NCBI GenBank assembly: GCA_002269645.1
Contig: NIVC01004563.1
Span: 1-41,910 of the forward strand
Origin: Macrostomum lignano
Lineage: Eukaryota
DNA: 41,910 nt
Direction of reading: 5' to 3'
The notes beneath the pieces are model-generated. The model saw nothing but the letters and a program-made list of their open reading frames with translations. It searched no databases and was not told the origin of the DNA. The translations under genes were made by a program, and so were the position numbers. Positions 34,149-41,910 of this stretch are shown here, one piece after another (position 1 is the stretch's first letter; every line of letters begins with the position of its first letter).

Positions 34149-34852
34149 GTAGCTTTGAGCAGGTTAATATATACGTGGATTGTAGAGGAGCTGTCACCAC
34201 AACCTGGTCACACCTAATTACGAATGATGCCCTGTGTGCGTTCGTGCCAGCGGACCAAAAATTTTGAGGACGGAATTAAGGAGAGTAAAATTAGGAATTT
34301 ATTGCGTTTTAGAAAATTTCTTCAGCTTCTACCAGTAGTCTGTTCCTGTACCTAACGTATATACATATCATGTAGATGTATAGGCCTGGCCAGTGGTCCA
34401 GAACTTTCCGTTTATTAACAGAGAGCCAAGAGATCGCGGTTAACTTGCGGTCTGCAGGAAAGTCGGCCATGCTGTCTGGGGGAAGCAGGCAGGCAGTTCG
34501 ACGAACGCATGCAGACCTGCAGCTTACTTTTATGGCTTGATTTCTAAACGCTCTGCCTGCGCAACTTCTGTTGCTGTCCTTCCGCGATTTCTACACGGGT
34601 CCATTTCTTGCGCCATTAATTCCTTAATTACAGTGCTGCTTTTAGCGAAGCTGATAGAAAAAATACTTGTACTGCATTTTTGCACCTTTAGCTTTTCAAG
34701 CTGGTTGATAATTAAAGCTGGATGGGCAGTTCGCCTACTTGGAAACCGTAGATGGCTCTGGGGTTGGAATGACGGGTATTTTTCTGCTTCTTGGAAACTT
34801 ATGCCTTTGAATGGAAACCGATCTACCAGAGCACCGGGGTGTCGACGAGATG

Positions 34853-35648
34853 AATCTACTGTGGAATCTACTAGATGACTGTGGAATCTACTAGATGACT
34901 GGAATCTACCAGATGAGTTTGGAATCTACCAGATAACTTTCGAATCTACCAGATGATTGTGGAGTCTACCAGATAACTGAGGAATCTACAGATAACTGTG
35001 GAATCTACCAGCTGGTTGTGGAATCTACCAGATAACTGTGGAATCTACCAACTGGCTGTGGAATCTACCAGATAACTGTGGAATCTACCAGATTGCTTTG
35101 AAATCTTTCAGATGGTTGTGGAATCTACCAAATGGCTGTGAAATCTACCAGATGGTTGTGGAATCTACCTGCTGGCTGTGGAATCTACCAGATGACTGTG
35201 GAATCTACCAGATTGCTTTGAAATTTACCAGATGGCTGTGGAATCTACCAGATGGCTGTGAAATCTACCTGCTGGCTGTGAAATCTACCAGATGGCTGTC
35301 GAATCTACCAGATTGCTTTGAAATCTACCAGATGGTTGTGGAATCTACCAGATGACTGTGGAATCTACCAGATGGCTGTGGAATCTACCAGATGGCTGTG
35401 GAATCTACCAGATTGCTTTGAAATCTACCAGATGGCTGTGGAATCTACCAGATTGCTTTGAAATCTACCAGATGGTTGTGGAATCTACCAGATGGCTGTG
35501 GAAGCTACCAGATAAGTGTGGAATCTACCAGCTGGCTGTGGAAGCTACCAGATAAGTGTGGAATCTACCAGATAACTGTGGAATCTACCAGATGACTGTG
35601 GAGTCTACCAGATGACTGTGGAGTCTACCAGATCAATTTGGAATATAC
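34853..35648. repeat. 20-bp minisatellite GAATCTACCAGATGGCTGTG, ~39 copies
   Basis: 20-nt period visible at 35341-35400. Confidence 0.97.
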
Positions 35649-36041
35649 TGTAGCATGATCATTAGGTGTCTACCAGAACCATCCTTCTTTTAACTCATTT
35701 CGTATTCTCATGCACTCAGACTGCATTGATTACTTGGACACTGTAGCTAGAATATCCTAAGAAATATTTCACAGAAGTACACGCGTATGATCATTACATA
35801 CAAAATAGACAAATATGGATAAGCAGACTGCCACTGTCAGCTGTTGATTTAGGAGCATGAAATTTATGATAGAAGCGGGAATCCTGTCTATATTTATATC
35901 GCAGCTGGCTACTGCAGGCTCGTTGCAATACAATCGGAAATTTTGCTGAATATCTCTGCGCAAGTGCAAGTTGGCCTGCAACAGGGCTGGACAGCAGCTC
36001 TGCGACGCTATGCAACTCCAAATTGTGGTGATGGTGGTTCT

Positions 36042-36650
36042 GTCTGTGTACACACAGCTGTCCTGTCTGTGTACACACACCTGTTGTCTGCGTACACACA
36101 GCTGTTCTGTCTGTACATACACCTGTTCCGTCTGTATATACACACCTGTTCTGTCTGTGTACACACACCAGTTCTATCTGTGTACACACAGCAGCTGTTC
36201 CGTCTGTGTACACACACCTGTTCTGTCTGTGTACACACACCTGTTCTGTCTGTGTACACACACCTGTTCTGTCTGTGTACACACACCTGTTCTGTCTGTG
36301 TACACACACCTGTTCCGTCTGTGTACACACACCTGTTCTGTCTGTGTACACACACCTGTTCTGTCTGTGTACACACACCTGTTCTGTCTGTGTACACACA
36401 CCTGTTCTGTCTGTGTACACACACCTGTTCCGTCTGTGTACACACACCTGTTCTATCTGTGTACACACACCTGTTCTGTCTGTGTACACACACCTGTTCT
36501 GTCTGTGTACACACAACTGTTCTGTCTGTGTACACACAACTGTTCTGTCTGTGTACACACACCTTCTGTCTGTGTACACACACCTGTTCTGTCTGTGTAC
36601 ACACACCTGCTCTGTCTATGTACACACAGCGCTCTCTGTCTGTGTACACA
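36042..36650. repeat. 23-bp minisatellite CTGTTCTGTCTGTGTACACACAC, ~26 copies
   Basis: 23-nt period (36241, 36264...); internal palindrome TGTGTACACA. Confidence 0.97.
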
Positions 36651-37074
36651 CGCAAATATTTATTTACACCTGCTGATCAAGTGCTTGGCGTCGTGTAGAT
36701 CTATAGCTAACGCACTGTTACACTGTTTATATTGCTTGCTTCAAACCCAAATTCTGTGGACACTGTCAGGGGCTGCCAAAATACATGTAGAGTATAGAGA
36801 GTATTCTATACAGCAGTGTGTGATTGCTTCGCGCCTGTGCTGCGCCATTGACGCTTCATGAGGCGCTGAAAGGCCTTTCAGATCGATGCGAGTTTTACGA
36901 GCTAAAGCAAAATTTGACAGGTTTTCAGTAATCCCGGATGTTCGGGAGCGAATCCGTCAATCGCATCGCATAAATAATCTTTTGTAATACAAAACTGAAC
37001 TGCCTATATCACAAGAACGAGATGAATGAGCTGCAGCCGTTCTTGCATATCTGAAAATAGCTAGCATGCTGTGC

Positions 37075-38126
37075 AGATAGATAGATAGATAGATGGACAG
37101 ATGGATAGATAGATGGACAGATGGATAGACGGATAGATAAATGGACAGATGGATAGATAGATGGACAGATGGGTAGATGGACAGGTGGATAGATGGATAG
37201 ATAGATGGACAGATGGATAGATAGATAGACAGATGGATAGATAGATGGACAGATGGGTAGATGGACAGGTGGATAGATGGACAGGTGGATAGATGGATAG
37301 ATAGATGGACAGATGGATAGATAGATGGACAGATGGATAGATAGATGGACAGATAGGTAGATGGATAGATGGATAGATAGATGGACAGATGGATAGATAG
37401 ATGGACAGATGGATAGATGGATAGATAGATGGACAGATGGATAGATGGATAGATAGATGGACAGGTGGATAGATCGATAGATAGATGGACAGGTGGATAG
37501 ATGGATAGATAGATGGACAGGTGGATAGATGGACAGATGGATAGATGGACAGGTGGATAGATGGATAGATAGATGGACAGATAGATAGATGGAAAGATGG
37601 ATAGATGGATAGATAGATGGACAGGTGGATAGATGGATAGATAGATGGACAGGTGGATAGATGGACAGATGGATAGATGGACAGGTAGATAGATGGATAG
37701 ATAGATGGACAGATGGATAGATGGATAGATGGATGGATAGATAGATAGATGGAAAGATGGATAGATAGATAGATAGATGGATAGATAGATAGATGGACAG
37801 ATGGATAGATAGAAGGACAGGTGGATTGATGGATAGATAGATGGACAGGTGGATAGATGGATAGATAGATGGACAGGTGGATAGATAGATAGATGGATAG
37901 ATGGATAGATAGATGGGCAGGTGGATAGATGGATAGATAGATGGACAGGTGGATAGATAGATAGATGGATAGATGGATAGATGGATAGATAGATGGACAG
38001 GTGGATAGATAGATAGATGGATAGATGGATAGATAGATGGGCAGGTGGATAGATGGATAGATAGATGGACAGGTGGATAGATAGATAGATGGATAGATGG
38101 ATAGATGGATAGATGGATAGATAGAT
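37075..38126. repeat. Compound (GATA/GATG/GACA/GGTG)n tetranucleotide satellite
   Basis: Direct reading. Confidence 0.97.
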
Positions 38127-38648
38127 CCGCTCGTAGTTGCGACCGACGTGATGGACATTTAGAAAATTTAATTGGAGGAAGGCAGAGCAGCTCAGCAGTC
38201 AAAGGGTCCCTTGGTTCGATTCCCTGCGCGGCCACACATATATTCGGGACTTGTGTGCGCTAAATTTTGCCACGGCAGTGCTCAGATATAAAGAAACAAA
38301 ATATAAGATCACACAGCTTTAGTTACAAGCAGAGATCTTGAAAACTAATCCCAACGACTTGGGTGCAATCGATTGATTGATTGATCGATTACCCAACTCC
38401 CGATTGCGAAGGATGAGAAAATGAAAAAAAATAGGCCATTTATCATTGAGAGAACTCGAGACAAGGACTTGATTTATAAGGATGCCTCATATAATAGTTG
38501 AGGTACTGAATAAGTTCATACTTTTATTACCGTTTAGAGAGCCGATTTAAAGTACAAAATTTATCGATCAATCGCGAGAATAAATAGAAAAAAATCATGA
38601 TATTGCCTATGAAAAATTAAACAAAAAATCGACACAATTTACCAAGAC

Positions 38649-39204
38649 AGGGGCGTCGCCATGGATTTTATGGTGGGGGGGACAAAGCCAAGAATTCTAG
38701 ATGTACAATTGTAAATGTACATTCTTCAGAATCGGTGTTGTCAGCGCTGATTTTGGCGCCGCAGGCACTAATTTTAGCGCTATAGGCACTAATTTTGGCG
38801 CCACATGCACTCATTTTGGCGCCGCAGACACTCATTTTGGCGCCGCAGACACTCATTTTGGCGCCGCAGACACTCATTTCGGCGCCGCAGACACTCATTT
38901 TGGCGCCGCAGGCACTCATTTTAGCGCCAAAGGCACTAATTTTGGCGCCACTGACACTCATTTTGGGGCCGCAGGCACTCATTTTAGCGCCACTGACACT
39001 CATTGTGGCGCCGCAGACACTCATTTTGGCGCCGCAGGCACTCATTGTGGCGCCGCAGACACTCAATTTAACGCAAAATTATTGATTATTGATTTCTGGT
39101 TAGAAGGTTGGGTGGGGGACAAAACATTGGCATGTCCCCCACCCCCCATAGCTTTTACTTGCAGGACATAACCTCCTTGTCCCCCCCCATCTGGCGACGC
39201 CCCT
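38649..39204. mobile_element. Non-autonomous TIR element (MITE-like) enclosing a 21-bp satellite
   Basis: Perfect 13-bp inverted termini AGGGGCGTCGCCA (38649-38661) / TGGCGACGCCCCT (39192-39204), plus subterminal GGGGGGGACAA / TTGTCCCCCCC; no clear TSD. Confidence 0.7.
38742..39070. repeat. 21-bp minisatellite CACTCATTTTGGCGCCGCAGA, ~15 copies
   Basis: Direct reading. Confidence 0.95.
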
Positions 39205-39302
39205 AAACACACTACTACATACTGCTCTCAGTAGCAAGTAGTGGTAAAAAACGGAATAATATAATTGGGATTTTGCAGCAATCAAACTGGGCTCCGATCA
39301 AT

Positions 39303-39308
39303 TTTATT
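39303..39308 (-). terminator. Probable polyadenylation signal AATAAA of the stefin gene
   Basis: AATAAA on the minus strand 60 nt after the stefin stop. Confidence 0.55.
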
Positions 39309-39367
39309 GTTTAGTTTAAATTGAACCCAGCCCCCCAGACCAATTAGCAGGTAATTAAGGTGCTCGC

Positions 39368-39676
39368 TCACTCGGAGCTGAAGAATGCCAGCTCATCGCT
39401 GGCGGACTTCTCGGCCTGAATGCCGTGCAGAGCCGGCGGCTCGTTGGTGTGAGGCAGCGGCTTGAACACGCGGATGTGGACAAACGAATCGCTGCCAATG
39501 TGCACCTTGGCAAAGTAGTTGGTTCCGGCCACCACCTGGGTGGCAACTAGGCGAGGCTCGAATTGTTCGACCGAACGGCCGAGGCGGGACTCAACATGGG
39601 GTCGCATGGCAACTAGGAGTTCGACCTCTTCGGGTGACGGCTGGCGAGCCTCTCCGGTTCCTCCGCACAGTGGCAT
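39368..39676 (-). CDS. CSTB: Type-1 cystatin (stefin, cystatin A/B-like), intronless, 102 aa
   Basis: MPLCGG N-terminal trunk, TQVVAGTNYFAKV first loop, LPH second loop, no signal peptide; an in-frame ATG at 39697 could add 7 aa. Symbol denotes the family, orthology not tested. Confidence 0.93.
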   Translation of the reverse strand: MPLCGGTGEARQPSPEEVELLVAMRPHVESRLGRSVEQFEPRLVATQVVAGTNYFAKVHIGSDSFVHIRVFKPLPHTNEPPALHGIQAEKSASDELAFFSSE

Positions 39677-39717
39677 TTTCGGGTGCTGCTGGTGCATCGG
39701 GTTGCTGAGGTAACTGG

Positions 39718-40285
39718 GGGCGATTATCCCAAGACAACTATGACGATTATCTAAGAAATCTAGGGGATATTATTTTTGAAAACTGAAAACTTGCTTCAAA
39801 AACGGAGGCGATGTTTCTAAGAAAACGGGGAGATTATGCCACAAAAACGGAGGTGATTTTTTCAAGAAAACTGGGGCGATTATTCTTAGAAAACCTGGGC
39901 GACTATTCCAAAACTATAGTGATTATTGATTATTCTAAGAAAACTGGGTCGATTATTCCAAGAAAACTGGGTCGATTATTCTAAGAAAACTGGGTCGATT
40001 ATTCCAAGAAAACTGGGTCGATTATTCTAAGAAAACTGGGTCGATTTTTCTAAGAAAACTGGGTCGATTATTGTAAGAAAACTGGGTCGATTATTCCAAG
40101 AAAACTGGGTCGATTATTCTAAGAAAACTGGGTCGATTATTCTAAGAAAACTGGGTCGATTATTCTAAGAAAACTGGGTCGATTATTCCAAGATGAGGGG
40201 GTTTTTGCAGGGAATCTGGGGTTAATATTCTAAGAAATTAGGGCGATTATTTCAAGAAATCTAGGGCGCCTATTCTAAGAAAACG
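39718..40285. repeat. 23-bp minisatellite AAGAAAACTGGGTCGATTATTCT
   Basis: Homogeneous core ~39940-40190, degenerate flanks. Confidence 0.93.
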
Positions 40286-40774
40286 GTATGATCATTAAAG
40301 AATCTTAATTGTAACCTGTTTAATAAGTAAAAAATAAATAAGCAGAAAGTGTAATAACGCACAGAAGAAAAATGCTGCAAAGAATTTCACCAAAGGCGCA
40401 TTAAAAAACGCAGGTTTAATTTTTAACATAACACTACTAAGTAAGTAATGGGAATATCAGGAATTTACGGTACATGAACTTGAATGCAACAGGGTGGCAT
40501 GATGTGCAACCTCATACGAAGCACATTGTACACAACTAGGTCACATATAGCACAGAGGTATTAATTTACTTTGATCTAACGAATGAAAAATGGATACCAG
40601 AACAGGTATTAGCATGAGCAGCTTTGATGCCCCCAGATTGGCGGGCATGGCCAATAATCTGTGGGACTCAGATTAACTGATTATCCCATCGATTAGGCAA
40701 TCCGTCTGATTAATCAATTCGTCAACACAGCTTGATCAGCTGCTCAGTCATCCAAATGATTAACAAAAATCTAC

Positions 40775-41445
40775 CAATCAACCAGCCAATCAATCAACCA
40801 ATCAATCAACTTATCGATCAACCAGCCAACAAATCGATCAACTTATCAACAAGCCAATCAATCAGCTAACCAGCCAATCAATCAACCAGCCAATCAATCA
40901 ACCAGCCAATCAATCAACCAATCAATCAACTTATCGATCAACCAGCCAACAAATCGATCAACTTATCAACAAGCCAATCAATCAGCTAACCAGCCAATCA
41001 ATCAACCAGCCAATCAATCAACCAGCCAATCAACCAATCAATCAAACAAATCAATCAACCAGCCAATTAATAAACAACCCAATCAATCAATCAACCGATT
41101 AACCACCCAATCAATCAATCAATCAACCGATTAACCACCCAATCAATCAATCAATCAACGATTAACCACCCAATCAATCAATCAATCAACGATTAACCAC
41201 CCAATCAATCAATCAATCAACCGATTAACCACCCAATCAATCAATCAATCAACCGATTAACCACCCAATCAATCAATCAATCAGCCACCCAACCACCCAA
41301 TCAATCAATCAATCAACCGATTAACCACCCAATCAATCAATCAATCAACCGATTAACCACCCAATCAATCAATCAATCAATCAACCGATTAACCACCCAA
41401 TCAATCAATCAACCAGCCAATAAACCAACAAACCAACCCATCAAG
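40775..41445. repeat. Compound (CAAT)n/CAACCA satellite with higher-order duplication
   Basis: Direct reading; ~120-nt block duplicated (40801/40921). Confidence 0.95.
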
Positions 41446-41516
41446 CCATGTGCGCTCGTACCAAACAGGTCAGAATTCCAACAAATTCATTCAGCCGCAA
41501 CTAAACAAAATTTCAA

Positions 41517-41543
41517 TCAAGCCTTGCTGTTCCGCTTTGACTT

Positions 41544-41582
<39 letters not shown>

Positions 41583-41910
41583 CTTGCCAGGCGCTCTGGC
41601 AGCATTGAAGTAAGCCGGCAGCTGAGGCTTGGGAAAAGTGGCATGGCAAGTTGTGCAGAGCGGAGTGTAGCTGCAGTACACGGACAGGCAGATGGAGCAG
41701 ACGTGAGCGATTGACACCAGCTTTCTATGGCAGAAACAGGCCGGCCGAGAGTCGCTCGGCCCCAACGATGGTGGCAAAGTTAAGGAGGCCTGCTGACGGC
41801 CGGCTCGACGGCCGGCTCGGCTAAGAACAGGCTGAGCAGGCACTGCAGCAGAGCGCTGGGCCGGGGCAGGCGAAGATAGAAACCGCCAGACAGCTCAGCG
41901 GCCTGGCGAA
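41517..41910 (-). CDS. GTF2H3: TFIIH subunit p34 (GTF2H3/Tfb4), 3' end, partial, with apparent frameshift near 41795-41810
   Basis: Frame A: RQAAELSGGFYLRLPRPSALLQCLLSLFLAEPAV; frame B: RQQASLTLPP...DSRPACFCHRKLVSIAHVCSICLSVYCSYTPLCTTCHATF, matching the p34 GG.YL...LLQ.L and ACFCH...CS.CLS..C....C..C zinc-finger region; TGA at 41519-41517. Confidence 0.9.

Noticed and set aside
34530-34860. Stop-free minus-strand frame of ~110 codons (…TAHPALIINQLEK…) and a nearby GTAAG donor
   Set aside because: No recognisable family, no convincing acceptor or start; the ALIIN likeness to caspases is too short to count.
35770-36030. Protein-like plus-strand stretch after a CACAG acceptor
   Set aside because: Interrupted by stops/frameshift, no recognisable homology, runs into a satellite.
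38181-38235. tRNA gene candidate (B-box GGTTCGATTCC at 38213)
   Set aside because: No complete cloverleaf or good A-box; at most a SINE head remnant.

Overview
Eukaryotic (invertebrate) genomic DNA with GT-AG introns, GC-rich exons, AT-rich spacers and roughly a quarter of the window (my estimate) occupied by about 17 unrelated mini/microsatellite families. The overall style suggests a free-living flatworm such as Macrostomum; this is inference, not proof. Gene models reconstructed by hand: (1) a Q/P/A-rich exon of an unidentified gene (minus, 3515-2796, possible ATG micro-exon at 7378-7373); (2) a complete 9-exon SLC13/Indy-type Na+-carboxylate transporter (plus, 14211-19559, 703 aa); (3) a fibrinogen-domain (FReD) pseudogene (minus, ~22156-20917) with several lesions; (4) a 3-exon phosphopantetheinyl transferase AASDHPPT (plus, 24431-26624) with no in-frame genomic ATG, which would be completed exactly by the 3'-terminal AUG of a flatworm spliced leader; (5) a 3-exon DEG/ENaC channel (minus, 30908-28335, ~569 aa) with altered HG and GxS motifs; (6) an intronless stefin/cystatin (minus, 39676-39368); (7) the 3' end of GTF2H3/TFIIH p34 (minus, window end to 41517) with an apparent frameshift. 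Mobile DNA includes three tRNA-headed CORE-SINE copies, a perfect 48-bp palindromic mini-element with an 8-bp target-site duplication, a TIR element carrying a satellite, a small dispersed repeat family and many TACATGTA footprint-like motifs. Almost all long ORFs in the supplied track are artefacts of tandem repeats.
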